A stretch of 64,000 bases of DNA, from NCBI GenBank assembly GCA_964368945.1, contig CAYJDM010000004.1:8577-72576 (forward strand). The letters run 5' to 3'. This DNA comes from an uncultured Candidatus Saccharibacteria bacterium (GTDB taxonomy: Bacteria; Patescibacteriota; Minisyncoccia; Phycocordibacterales; CAIZLB01). Shown piece after piece: positions 11,801 through 19,477 of this stretch. Within the stretch, counting starts at the first letter, position 1. Each line of letters starts with the position of its first letter. Both the position numbers and the translations under genes were made by a program. Under the pieces are notes generated by a model, which saw only the letters and a list, made by a program, of their open reading frames with translations, was not told where the DNA came from and did no database searches.

Positions 11801-14800
11801 CGATCCTGTTGTATATGAATTTGAGATTTCTCCTGAAGTCACAAAGCCGATCAATCCTCCAGTATATGATGATCCCCCAATTCCTGCACCTCCGCCCGTT
11901 CCGCCGATTCCACCTACCTGGCCTGCTCCGCCCTGTGCACCAGCTCCGCCATTTCCTGCATTGCCACCATTACCAGCAAGGACTGTGACATTTCCTGATG
12001 CCGATGTTGATGCAATCGCTACAAGCGAGTTCGTAAAACCGATCAGGCCTCCTCCATATGCAAGTCCGCCGGCACCGCCTGTTCCGCCGTTTGCTCCTGC
12101 GCCTCCAACCACTGCGCTTATCGCAGCCGCACCAGCGCCTCCCGCCTGACCATTTCCTCCGTTTCCGCCCGTTACGGTAACATTGCCTGTCGCATAAGAA
12201 TTAACAATATTTTGAGCGGAGTTAGAGTTATACCCTTCGAGCCCACCTCCATACGCAGCCAATCCGGCTGCTCCTCCTGCACCACCAGCGCCGCCGACAC
12301 TTCCTGCTGCGCCATTTACTCCAGCAACTCCTGCGCCTCCATCGCCTCCGTTTCCTGCTGTCACGACAACATTGTTTGTCGAATATACCGTATCAATCAG
12401 TACGGATGCGAGTGAGCTATAACCGATTGCTCCTCCAGCATATACCGGACCAATCACACCGCCGGTTCCTCCAGCTCCTCCAACTCCATTTTTTCCATTG
12501 CCAGAACCCCCCGCTCCACCGGCGCTTCCTGCCCCGCCGGTTCCTCCATTTCCGCCAATAGTAACCGTGATCGTGCCTCCGATCGCGCTAGACTTTTGAA
12601 TATTTCCATTTCCCTGACCGGCAAGTCCGCCAATGTATACGGCACCTCCAGAAGATCCGTTACCGCCCGCTCCGCCAATGCCTCCCGCATGACCTCCGGT
12701 TCCAAGAGATCCGTTTCCGCCAATTCCGCCCGCTCCTCCATTTCCTCCATCTCTTCCAAATGCAGTAAGGCTTCCTGTAACAACCGAATCAACGATGACG
12801 CCAGAGTTATCTCCAGCAAGTCCTCCTATATATGCAGCTCCGCCGATGCCGCCAGCTCCTCCAGTTCCGGCTGTGGCCCCAGCGCCCGCAGCTATATTTC
12901 CTGATGCTCCGGCATTTCCTCCCGTACCTCCCGTTCCGGCGACTCCGCCTGCCGCAGTAATCGATGTAATCGTATATGTCACATCATGAATTACCCCGGC
13001 ATTAAATCCGAGTATTCCACCGCTCGCAGCGAGTCCGCCGTTTCCTCCAGCGCCGCCGATGCCGCCAGCGCCGCCAATTGCGCCCGCAGTGCTTCCTCCA
13101 TTTCCTCCATTGCCTCCGTTTCCACCATTTCCGGCAGTACCGCCAAGAGAAGCTACTGTTCCTGTTGTATTTGGAATTGAAATCGTCGTGCCCAGCACGC
13201 TGTCATTGCCGATCACTCCTCCGGCATACGCTGCTCCACCGTTCAATCCAGCTCCGCCAGCGACTCCTGCAACCCCGACAACGCCAGCTCCGCTCGCTCC
13301 TCCATTTCCTCCATTGCCTCCGTTTCCTCCATTTCCTCCATTTGCAAATACGCTTCCATTTGCATATGAATCAGATGCAACCGCACCATTGTTCAATCCA
13401 ATCAATCCGCCAGAAGCAGCAAGTCCTCCTGAAAGCCCGACGCCGCCAGCTATGCCCGTACCTCCGGTGAATGCGCCAGTGGACGTGCCGCCAGAAGCAC
13501 CCGTGAGTCCATTTGCCCCAGAACCTGCGGTCGAGGTCGCATTACCGCTTGCATGTGATGCGCCTTGAATGCTTCCGTTTGCTGCATTAAAACCAACAAG
13601 CCCGCCTGCATACGCTCCTCCACCGAGGTTTGTCGCCGTAGCTCCAGCAGCGCCGCCCGCGCCTCCTGCAGAGGTGCTGCTTGATCCGCCATTTCCACCC
13701 GCGCCGTTTGAGCTGCCGGCGCCTCCATTTGCAATTACATCTCCTGTAGCATATGAATTATTTATTATGCCGGTATTTGCCCCGACAGCACCGCCCGCAT
13801 AGCTCGGAGCGCCTACGAGACCCGCGCCGCCAGTTCCGCCGGCAGCTCCATAACCGCCAGTACCTCCATTTCCACCCGCGCCCGAAGCACCAGAAGTCGA
13901 GCTCGCAAGTATGAAAGCGTGAGAATTGCTTATCGTACCTGCAGAGTTGAAGCCAATCAATCCGCCGACGTATCCGATTGCGCCGAAGGCCCCAGAACCG
14001 CCAGTTCCGCCAGTCGCACCTAATGCCCCAGTTCCCGCGACTCCTCCTGCGCCGCCAGTCGCTCCGGCGCCGCCAGCACTTCCAACCACAGTCGCTGATC
14101 CTGACTCAATATATGTATTGGCAATAATCGCAGTATTCAAACCCGCAATGCCTCCGGCATATGCAACTGCACCAGCGCCACCTGCACCTCCGGTTGCGCC
14201 AGCAGCGCCAGTGCTCGAAGACCCTCCCGATGCATTGCTTCCGCCAAGACCTGCGGCACCTCCGTTTGCTCCAGCAGAAGCGGTTGCCAAAATAGTTCCG
14301 CTTGCATAAGAATTCTGAATCGTATTCGTATTATTACCTACGATGCCCGCAGCATAGGCGGTGGCACCCGCGCCTCCTGCTCCTCCAGCTCCGCCAATTG
14401 CGCCAGATCCGACAAATGTTCCGGCAGAGGCGCCTCCATTTCCGCCGATCCCTCCAACCTGTGCAGTTCCTGCCGTTGAAGTCACATTTCCAGTCGAATA
14501 TGAAGAAGCTTGAATTACGCCGGCGCTTTGTCCTGCAACTCCTCCAGCTGTTGCCACGGCGCCAGCTCCTCCAGTTCCGGCAATAGCGCCAACGCCTCCG
14601 GCAAAGTTTGTTCCGCCGACTCCGCCATTTCCTCCATTGCCCGCAACTCCTCCATTGCCGGCGTTCACGATAATATTTCCCGTATTATACGTTCCAGAAA
14701 TTACTCCCAAGATAATATTTCCAGCGACCCCTCCTGCGAATGCCGCGCCGCCAGTTCCGCCGGCAGCTCCCGCTCCGCCAGCTCCTCCGGTACCAGCTGA

Positions 14801-17800
14801 GCCCACGCCTCCATTTCCTCCATTGCCTCCGTTTCCTCCGTTTCCTCCTTGAGCCGTGATCGTGCCGGTTGAATATGAATTTGAAATTTCTCCATTATTT
14901 AAAAATCCGACGACTCCGCCAACATAAGCAATACCTCCAGTGAGTCCCACGCTGCCAGCGACGCCTGCAACTCCTGCGGTATTCGTATACCCCGCTCCGC
15001 CATTTGCGCCAGCTCCACCTGCACCCGAAGTTCCTGTTACATCAACTGTCGAATACAGATTAAGAAGCGATGTTCCTGTATTGTATCCAACCGCTCCTCC
15101 GGCATATACGATTCCTCCGACGATTGCAGCACCTGCTGCACCGGCAGTTCCTCCTGTCCAAGCGCCTCCTGCTCCGCCCGCACCCGCAGAGCCTCCAGCT
15201 CCAGCAGTACCGTTTACATCCCCAGTCGTATGATAGCTATCAACGATGGCGAGCGCATTATTTCCTGCGAGTCCTCCTATATATAGTATGCCTGCCGCGC
15301 CTCCTGTTCCACCGGCCAGACCCGCGAGTCCTGTCTGAGCCGCTACGCCAGTTCCGCCCGCGCCTCCTGCTCCAGCAGTGCCGTTTACCGCATTTGTAGA
15401 GTGTGCAAAACGAATCGTTCCCGTATTGTTTCCAACGAGTCCGCCGGCATACGATCCAGAAACTGCCGCAGAGCCTCCTATTCCGGAAGCTCCGCCTGCG
15501 CCCGATGTTCCAGCTGAACCCTTTGCACCTCCCGATCCGCCAGTGCCGCCGACTCCGCCATCGCCGCCGACTGCAGATACGAGTCCGCTTAATGAATTAG
15601 CCGTGATGATCGATCCTAGATTTATTGCGGACAATCCGCCTGCGAACGCAGCACCGCCCGCTCCGCCGGCTCCTGCTGCACCTCCGACTCCGCCAGTTCC
15701 TGTAGTCGTAAGTGATGCGCTGCCTCCCGCGCCTCCAGCTGCTCCATTTTTTCCATCAGAACCAGTAGCAGTGACTGCGCCAGTAGAATAGACGTTTACT
15801 ATCGAACCATTGATGAAGCCAGGCGTATTATTTTGTCCAACCAATCCTCCGGCATATGCAATTGCGCCAGCTCCGCCCGCTCCACCAATCGCAGATACGC
15901 CAGATGCTGCAATCGCTGACGAACCTGCAGCAGAAGCGCCGCCCGCGCCTCCTGCAGAGGCATTGCCAGCAACTCCTCCGATTGCCTGCACATCCCCAGT
16001 CGCATAGCTTCCATTTTCGATAGTGCCTGAATTGTTTCCAACAAGACCACCGACAAATACCGTTCCTGCCGCGCCGCCAGTAGCTCCAGCGCCGCCGAGG
16101 CCGCCGATATTTGCGCCGCCCACGCCAACTCCGGCATTGCCTCCTGTACCTGCAGTTCCAGCATTGCCTCCTGCGCCGCCCCTTCCGGTAACATTTCCCG
16201 TCGCAGCAGAAGACACGATTGTTCCTGCCTGTACCCAGCCAATAAGCCCACCAACATATGCAAGGCTACCTGCACCGGCGACTCCCGCCGCACCTCCTGC
16301 TCCTCCAATGCCGGTACCCACACCTGCTACTGATCCATTGCCTCCATTACCTGCATTTCCGCTTGAGCCACCAGCGCCTCCTGCACCTGTAACAGTTGCA
16401 GAACTTGTAGCTGCAGTGATGCTTCCCTGCTGAGAATATCCGGCAAGCCCTCCAACATATGCAACTCCTCCTGTTGCTGCAGCATTGCTTGCTGCCGCTC
16501 CGCCAGGACCTGCGATGCTCGAACCCGTCGTAATATTTCCTGCATTGCCACCGTTTCCTCCATTTCCGCCGGCGCCTCCCGCACCGTTAATGTTTCCACT
16601 GATACTTACATTCGTAATTGTTCCCGTATTGTATCCAACCACTCCTCCCAAATATAATACGCTTCCCGCCGTACCAGCACCGCCAGCCGTACCGGCTGAA
16701 GGCCCGGGTCCGTTTGTTCCGTTTACGCCATTGCTGCCCGCCGTACCAGCAGTGCTCGTCGCGCTGATTGAAACGCCAGAGAGAGTTACGTTTTTTATAA
16801 GATTAGTAGAATATGCAAAAAGACCTACATAGCTCGAAGTCGTCGTACTTATATATAGGTTGCTGATCGTAAAATTATTTCCATCAAAGATACCAGCGAA
16901 AGGAGTCGAAACGTTTCCGATCGGATCGAATCCTGAGCCAGATGACCAGCCGGTAGTTGTCGCCGCATCAATATCATTGTTGAGCTTGAATGAGCTAGAC
17001 AGGTTCGTCTTCATGCCCTGCAGTCCGTATACATCGAAAACCAAGAAAGGATCCGCGCTATTCCCAATGCCTGTATAACGTCGAAAAGTTCCCGCAGTGA
17101 CGTTGAAGCTTCCGCTTACAGTCAGTATATTCGTTCCGGGATTCGTCGCAGTAAAAGTCGCAGCAGATGTCTGAGTATAATTTCCAGACTGTCCGCCTGA
17201 GTTCGTCACGGTAAGGTTTGCGTTTTGCAAAATCGTGCCAGCATAACCATTGATGGCAAAAGATCCGACCGTTGCAGCAGTATCAATAGTAATGATAGTT
17301 GAGGCCGCACCTGAAGATGCATCGAAAAATACATTCGTCGTGGCATCGGGCAGGTTGCCAGCGCCAGGAGTTCCGTTTGATACCGTTGCCCAGTGGTTTG
17401 CCGCATCAGACCAATTTCCCGTACCTCCTACCCAGTATGCATTCGCTGGCGGATCAGTCACATAGTCGACATCGACATTTCCAATTATCTTCAGGTCAAA
17501 GACATCCGTAGGCGTTGCAAGGCTCGAAAGGTTGATGCGGTACTTTCCATCATGATCAATATAAAAAGTTCCGACAAGCGTACCGTCCTGTGCATAAGCC
17601 TCGATAGTCGCCGGAGCATTGGCATCTGTCGGCCGAGCATAGAGCGTAATGTCATTCGTATTATTGAGGAGCTTCTCAAAGGTCACTCGAATATACTGCC
17701 CGTTGAGCAAGCTCACATAATTCTGATCAAGCGAGCCAACGCCAGGAAAAATATCTTCCAAAGCATTTTTATGCTCATCGAGGCGCAATGCATCTGAGAT

Positions 17801-18775
17801 CAAGATGATTTCAAATGTCTGCGTCGAAAGATGCGGGACTATCCATGCGACATGATCCAAGTAGCCATTTCCGTCTTCATCAGTTGCGACGAACTCCATT
17901 TCTTGGTTCTCATTATTCTGCCATTTGATTTTTATCTTGCCCTCTTCCCCAACTTTGAATATTTCTGGAATCTCTATTTTGACTGGAACATTCGTCATAT
18001 GCTCGATCAAGTCTTGTTCCGGCGTAGATGCGACTACGACGATTTTTCCAGTAGCGCTATTTTCTTCTGTGATAGTCGGCAATGACGATGTCGCTGTTGA
18101 TGTGGCCGTCGATGTCGCAGTGACCTCTGAAATTGATGAGGTCGTAGAGGCTGTAGAAGTCGCGGAAGTTTCTGCTTCGTTAGAAGTCGCGACATCCGAT
18201 GTCGTTGAAGCCGCATCAGTCGAAGGCTCAGTTGCAGAAGATTGAGTCGGAGTTTCAGTTTGATCTTCTATCGGTGTCGAAGTCGAGGTTGATGTAGAAG
18301 TAGAAGTAGAAGTAGAAGTAGATGCAAAGGCGGATTCTGATGTCGATGTTGAGGCCTGCTGCGTATCTGAAGTGGCGGTCCCTTCGGATGTAGTTGGAGC
18401 CGTCGAAGTGTCCTCAACAGAAGCGGCGTCAGGGACCGATTCGGGAACGGATTCAGGATCAGGATCAGAATCAGAAACCGGATCGACGCTTTCAGATGTC
18501 TCATCTGGAGCTGTTACATTTTCCACCGTCGGAGTCGATGGTTCAGAAATATTATTTTCAGATGGCTCTGATACAGTCGGGCTTGATGTTTCTGGAGCAG
18601 CTGCTGGTTCTGATGATGGAGCCGCATCAGGAACCGGTGCAGAAATTTGCGGCGCGCTAACATCTGATGCAGGAGCTGCACTTTCTTCAGCAAATGCTGT
18701 TGAGAAAAAACCGCAAAGCATTATTGCTGCGATTAGTGAGAAAGATATTTTTTTGAGACGAGTACTCAGTTGCAT
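2861..18775 (-). CDS. giant secreted surface protein (5,304 aa) with C-terminal dockerin
   Basis: A single uninterrupted ORF. It has a signal peptide (MQLSTRLKKISFSLIAAIMLCGFFSTAFA), then an acidic S/T/P/E-rich region with an (ST)n tract. About 50 Gly-rich repeats follow (...YAGGLVGxNxGxIxNSYxTGxVxxxGGxGGxGG...), then 13 FN3-like repeats (PDAPTIGTATGGNGQATITFTPPVSNGGSAITYYTVTS...TGLTNGQAYTFTVTATNA.GTS). The C-terminal ~60 aa show the dockerin type-I duplicated Ca-binding motif (GADLNSDGKVNSIDFSIML / VDTNTDKQVNSVDFSILL). Confidence 0.85.
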   Translation of the reverse strand: MQLSTRLKKISFSLIAAIMLCGFFSTAFAEESAAPASDVSAPQISAPVPDAAPSSEPAAAPETSSPTVSEPSENNISEPSTPTVENVTAPDETSESVDPVSDSDPDPESVPESVPDAASVEDTSTAPTTSEGTATSDTQQASTSTSESAFASTSTSTSTSTSTSTSTPIEDQTETPTQSSATEPSTDAASTTSDVATSNEAETSATSTASTTSSISEVTATSTATSTATSSLPTITEENSATGKIVVVASTPEQDLIEHMTNVPVKIEIPEIFKVGEEGKIKIKWQNNENQEMEFVATDEDGNGYLDHVAWIVPHLSTQTFEIILISDALRLDEHKNALEDIFPGVGSLDQNYVSLLNGQYIRVTFEKLLNNTNDITLYARPTDANAPATIEAYAQDGTLVGTFYIDHDGKYRINLSSLATPTDVFDLKIIGNVDVDYVTDPPANAYWVGGTGNWSDAANHWATVSNGTPGAGNLPDATTNVFFDASSGAASTIITIDTAATVGSFAINGYAGTILQNANLTVTNSGGQSGNYTQTSAATFTATNPGTNILTVSGSFNVTAGTFRRYTGIGNSADPFLVFDVYGLQGMKTNLSSSFKLNNDIDAATTTGWSSGSGFDPIGNVSTPFAGIFDGNNFTISNLYISTTTSSYVGLFAYSTNLIKNVTLSGVSISATSTAGTAGSNGVNGTNGPGPSAGTAGGAGTAGSVLYLGGVVGYNTGTITNVSISGNINGAGGAGGNGGNGGNAGNITTGSSIAGPGGAAASNAAATGGVAYVGGLAGYSQQGSITAATSSATVTGAGGAGGSSGNAGNGGNGSVAGVGTGIGGAGGAAGVAGAGSLAYVGGLIGWVQAGTIVSSAATGNVTGRGGAGGNAGTAGTGGNAGVGVGGANIGGLGGAGATGGAAGTVFVGGLVGNNSGTIENGSYATGDVQAIGGVAGNASAGGAGGASAAGSSAIAASGVSAIGGAGGAGAIAYAGGLVGQNNTPGFINGSIVNVYSTGAVTATGSDGKNGAAGGAGGSASLTTTGTGGVGGAAGAGGAGGAAFAGGLSAINLGSIITANSLSGLVSAVGGDGGVGGTGGSGGAKGSAGTSGAGGASGIGGSAAVSGSYAGGLVGNNTGTIRFAHSTNAVNGTAGAGGAGGTGVAAQTGLAGLAGGTGGAAGILYIGGLAGNNALAIVDSYHTTGDVNGTAGAGGSAGAGGAGGAWTGGTAGAAGAAIVGGIVYAGGAVGYNTGTSLLNLYSTVDVTGTSGAGGAGANGGAGYTNTAGVAGVAGSVGLTGGIAYVGGVVGFLNNGEISNSYSTGTITAQGGNGGNGGNGGNGGVGSAGTGGAGGAGAAGGTGGAAFAGGVAGNIILGVISGTYNTGNIIVNAGNGGVAGNGGNGGVGGTNFAGGVGAIAGTGGAGAVATAGGVAGQSAGVIQASSYSTGNVTSTAGTAQVGGIGGNGGASAGTFVGSGAIGGAGGAGGAGATAYAAGIVGNNTNTIQNSYASGTILATASAGANGGAAGLGGSNASGGSSSTGAAGATGGAGGAGAVAYAGGIAGLNTAIIANTYIESGSATVVGSAGGAGATGGAGGVAGTGALGATGGTGGSGAFGAIGYVGGLIGFNSAGTISNSHAFILASSTSGASGAGGNGGTGGYGAAGGTGGAGLVGAPSYAGGAVGANTGIINNSYATGDVIANGGAGSSNGAGGNGGSSSTSAGGAGGAAGATATNLGGGAYAGGLVGFNAANGSIQGASHASGNATSTAGSGANGLTGASGGTSTGAFTGGTGIAGGVGLSGGLAASGGLIGLNNGAVASDSYANGSVFANGGNGGNGGNGGNGGASGAGVVGVAGVAGGAGLNGGAAYAGGVIGNDSVLGTTISIPNTTGTVASLGGTAGNGGNGGNGGNGGSTAGAIGGAGGIGGAGGNGGLAASGGILGFNAGVIHDVTYTITSITAAGGVAGTGGTGGNAGASGNIAAGAGATAGTGGAGGIGGAAYIGGLAGDNSGVIVDSVVTGSLTAFGRDGGNGGAGGIGGNGSLGTGGHAGGIGGAGGNGSSGGAVYIGGLAGQGNGNIQKSSAIGGTITVTIGGNGGTGGAGSAGGAGGSGNGKNGVGGAGGTGGVIGPVYAGGAIGYSSLASVLIDTVYSTNNVVVTAGNGGDGGAGVAGVNGAAGSVGGAGGAGGAAGLAAYGGGLEGYNSNSAQNIVNSYATGNVTVTGGNGGNGQAGGAGAAAISAVVGGAGANGGTGGAGGLAYGGGLIGFTNSLVAIASTSASGNVTVLAGNGGNAGNGGAGAQGGAGQVGGIGGTGGGAGIGGSSYTGGLIGFVTSGEISNSYTTGSVQGTSGNGGNSGAGGAGGAGGSSVAGTVGTAGTIGASSGSNFTGGLVGDSTAAILNTYHIGGTVTAIGGNAGNGGAGGNGGASGSITNGTAAAGGAGANGGVGGTVSVGGLAGRNGVTAVLAIITNSYATTSVTALGGNGGNGGVGGNGGNGSAGTNHIGGAGGAAGAGGAGAVIFAGGLVGQNILGTITSSYAQTGTVTVTGGNGGASALGGTGGIGTGTAIYGVGGAGSNGGAGGAIYVGGLAGYTTGVIEAESYSKTSLVLTGGSGANGAAGISAGANTGAAGSVAGAGGASGIVYAGGLVGYAISDVISSYASYDSASGKGNIVITGGTPGNGGNAGNGGSGLAAGGVGGAGGLGTAGIGGAAGGTYAGGLIGFSSGIITSSYSDTLTISGTEQAGGNGGNGGNGGNGGAGVGANNGGAGSVGGAGGAGGIRAFGGLVGDFLSAIGTIQGFSYSTVNISVTSGNGGNGGQGGTGGTSGASQSSGTAAVAGVGGNGGAGAAAYGGGLVGRISGTTQVMRISNSNATGDVEVVAGNGGNAGQGGTGGDGSTGSGTHAGATGGLGGVAGIGGEAVAGGLVGLSNLTSGSIDFLTLNATGDVSATGGDAGNQGTSGTGGDSATGAAGGAGGGSVLTPATGGAAYAGGLIGIHRITVNPAGSGIINSFATGAVIAQGGIGASGSTGGNGGVGGTIGGAGGAGGGSGIGGEADAGGLIGLGSVTTGFIHYLNNYSATGTVTAIGGASGTGGNAGVSAAGGTGAGGSTGASGPTGAGGAAYAGGLIAQINATASNNFQVTANYSTRAVSATGGASGNGGAGIIGGAGGTNSIGGVGGAGGASGAGGASYAGGLVGTNGSAGLAGGGIIESNSYATGDVTSTSGNVGTAGNGGAGGASNSGTATTGAAGGTVGAMGAGGASYAGGLVGINAATGVILNSYAAGSVTSLARNGGNGGTGGNGADASLSTGNGGAGTIGGAAGAGGDSYAGGLIGYNINAANTVTTSYAIGATVSGTSGNGGQGGTGGNGGTSGIAAAGGAAGAGGAAGSAGTVFVGGLIGRNDGTIQTYSYSTSNVVGVAGNGGQGGTGGNGANGGAGTSGAGGNGGIGGAATAGGVGGFAYGGGLVARNETTRVIKDSYATGNVTLSGGNGGNGGNAGNGGQGGAGASAGTGGAGGNAGASGVGTVGGIKYVGGFLGYNLGTIATVYSVGAVSVTGANGGAAGNGGNAGNGGNGGATGAGGNGGNQGATSDAGNGAALHVGGLIGYNFTAGVVSNSWTAGSVTTTGGNGGTAGVRGLSGNGGNGGTLAGGNGGTSVAGSAGGVGGASIAGGLIGSNLTTGSFNNSYASTTVTMTGGNGATGGIGGNGGNGGVGGSGGSGNGGAGQVGAAGATGGAGGAVTGGGLVGDNTGVITNAYSLGSVTATAGSPALGGKGGNGGNGGAAGGGSVGANGNGANGGVGGAGASALVGGLLGSHATSLVTNTYSSSVPTATKTSGAAGGAAGSKGTGGSGGSDGATGATGSSASLQYAGGIVGNPVSGTWASSYWDTTTSGKTDGAGNATTPTNTAGKTTVQMKQQATFTNWDFSTLPVWKIAETTTYPYFNYQVAPDAPTNVTALAGNGQATITFTAPGNTGGSQILSYMVTSNTGGFSATSGGSPITITGLTNGVTYTFTVTATNAYGTSTSSGTSNAVTPATIPDAPTIGTATGGNGQATITFTPPVSNGGSAITYYTVTSNVGGFIAYGGSSPITVTGLTNGQAYTFTVTATNAYGTSSASATTNSVTPATVPDAPTGISAVDGNGQATITFTPPVSNGGAAISYYTVTSNTGVTATGGSSPITVTGLTNGVTYTFTVTATNSAGTSTISATSNAVTPATVPDAPTIGTATGGNGQATITFTAPVSNGGSAITSYTVTSSGGHTATGGSSPITVTGLTNGIAYTFTVTATNAIGTSSASSATNSVTPATVPDAPTGVTAVRGNGQATITFTAPVSNGGSAITGYTVTSNVGGLTAFGASSPLIVTGLTNGQAYTFTVTATNAVGTSTASVASNSISPATVPDAPTIGTATAGNGEATITFTPGASDGYSSVLYYTVTSNTGGFVVYSGASPVIVTGLTNGTTYNFTVTATNAVGTSSASTATNSVTPITVPGAPTGVTAVRGNGEATVSFTPPVSNGGSAITYYTVTSNVGGFSATGGSSPITITGLANGTTYTFTVTASNAFGTSTPSPTSNSVTPATTPDAPIIGTATLGNGEATITFTPPVNNGGSNILYYTVTSNTGGFSATGGSSPIVITGLTNGQAYTFTVTATNAVGTSTASASSNSVTPTTVPFAPTIGTATAGNGQATITFTPPLNSGGSAITGYIVTSSGGHTATGGSSPITVLGLTNGTTYTFTVAAINAAGTSTASAVSNSVTPATVPGAPTIGTATLGNGQATITFTAPVSNGGSAITSYTVTSSGGHTATGGSSPITVLGLTNGTAYTFTVTATNAAGTSTASAASNSVTPATVPDAPTIGTATSGNGQATITFTPPVSNGGSAITYYTVTSSGGHIASAGSSPITITGLTNGQAYTFTVTATNAAGTSTASIASNSVTPATVPDAPTNVAGTIGDTSVSVTWSAPASNGGSAITGYTVTSGPGGITVNSTTTNAIVTGLTNGVTYTFTVTATNAIGTSVSSGSSAGVTPASVPGAPINLAAVVGDSSIDLSWTAPVSDGGSALTDYVIQYKLTIGGTWTTFADGVSTVPNATVTSLSNDNSYDFRVYAKNIVGTGTSSSVVSATPGAPAQVLIQSFSDLITPTIGTAVRITNEGSVAYEYQYTWCVTDSAVNLCGSGDDVFSSTAAKLIQPGENFDTILNSTVPVAGNYFFHINVQFGSDSSVAHQSFTAVADTPVEPPTGGGGGGGGGGSGGVSIIIPPVVTKPNGACVGADLNSDGKVNSIDFSIMLAFWKTAGPYKNACVDTNTDKQVNSVDFSILLYQWGKNPALFKRQ
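3485..6995 (-). repeat. tandem array of 13 FN3-like coding repeats (~270-nt period) inside the giant gene
   Basis: The near-identical ~90-aa protein repeats are mirrored by the series of similar antisense ORFs in the ORF track (MIAEPPL.TGAVNVIVAWPFP...). Confidence 0.8.
7100..16800 (-). repeat. Gly-rich (GGxGGxGG / GGLVG) coding repeat array inside the giant gene
   Basis: Dozens of ~55-aa repeats with consensus YxGGL(V/I)GxNxGxIxxSYxTGxV followed by poly-GG(A/N/S/T)GG. The antisense strand reads as Pro-rich shadow ORFs. Confidence 0.75.
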
Positions 18776-18877
18776 TTATGGCCTTAATTATAACAGCAAA
18801 GTGTGGATTTTTACGCTCAGAACGGTACTTTTTCATATATATTTTGGGGATAAACCAGGATATTTTTTTGCTATAAT

Positions 18878-19435
18878 ATGCAAATGCCAAAGAATGCCAA
18901 AAGATCTGTATACAGAGAGAAAGAATTTGAAATGTATGTGCTCTGGAAATCTATGCCGGCATATTTCAGAGGCATGAAAAAAACAGAGCTTCATGCACAT
19001 GGATTCACTGATCCATTGGTCATGGAAATCGCTGCGATAAAAAGTCAGACAGCGTTTGCAAAAAAATTTCGCATCAAAGATCTCGGAACGCTGACAGATT
19101 GGAATGCGAAAATTTCAAAAAATAAAATAAATTCAAACGAATCGCACTCCCCTTTTCAAAAACAAACTATCGCGGTCAATGATGCATTGACTGCGACGCC
19201 AGACAATGCACTAAAAATCGAGCTGCATGAATTGCGCAAATTGGTATCAGAACTTAGGAAAGAAAATAAAATATTGGCAGAACGGCTTGGGGTGAATGCT
19301 CCGAAAATTCATGCGCGGACAAAGCGCGAACCGGCGCCGGCGGCTGATACTCCTGTCATTTTGCTTGAGCCTAAAATTGTCGAACAAGTTGGTTTTTTCA
19401 AAAAAGCTCTGTCTATTTTTAAGGGCAGGAAGTGA
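18878..19435 (+). CDS. hypothetical protein (divergent from the giant gene)
   Basis: 185-aa ORF with a C-terminal coiled-coil region. No recognisable motif. Confidence 0.4.
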   Translation: MQMPKNAKRSVYREKEFEMYVLWKSMPAYFRGMKKTELHAHGFTDPLVMEIAAIKSQTAFAKKFRIKDLGTLTDWNAKISKNKINSNESHSPFQKQTIAVNDALTATPDNALKIELHELRKLVSELRKENKILAERLGVNAPKIHARTKREPAPAADTPVILLEPKIVEQVGFFKKALSIFKGRK

Positions 19436-19477
19436 TATAGATAGCGATCAGCTTAATGCCACGTTTTCGGAGCAGAC

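Noticed and set aside
3380-18245. Dozens of plus-strand ORFs (60-200 aa) that are Pro/Ala/Val-rich (PPAPPAP...) or repeat MIAEPPLLTGAVNVIVAWPFP...
   Set aside because: They are the antisense reading of the Gly-codon-rich and FN3 repeats of the single 15.9-kb minus-strand giant ORF. Their low-complexity composition and perfect periodicity mark them as shadow ORFs.
18372-18977. 201-aa plus-strand ORF (Ser/Gly/Thr/Asp-rich) spanning the giant-gene start
   Set aside because: It is antisense to the acidic S/T-rich N-terminal region of the giant protein and runs across its promoter. It is low-complexity.
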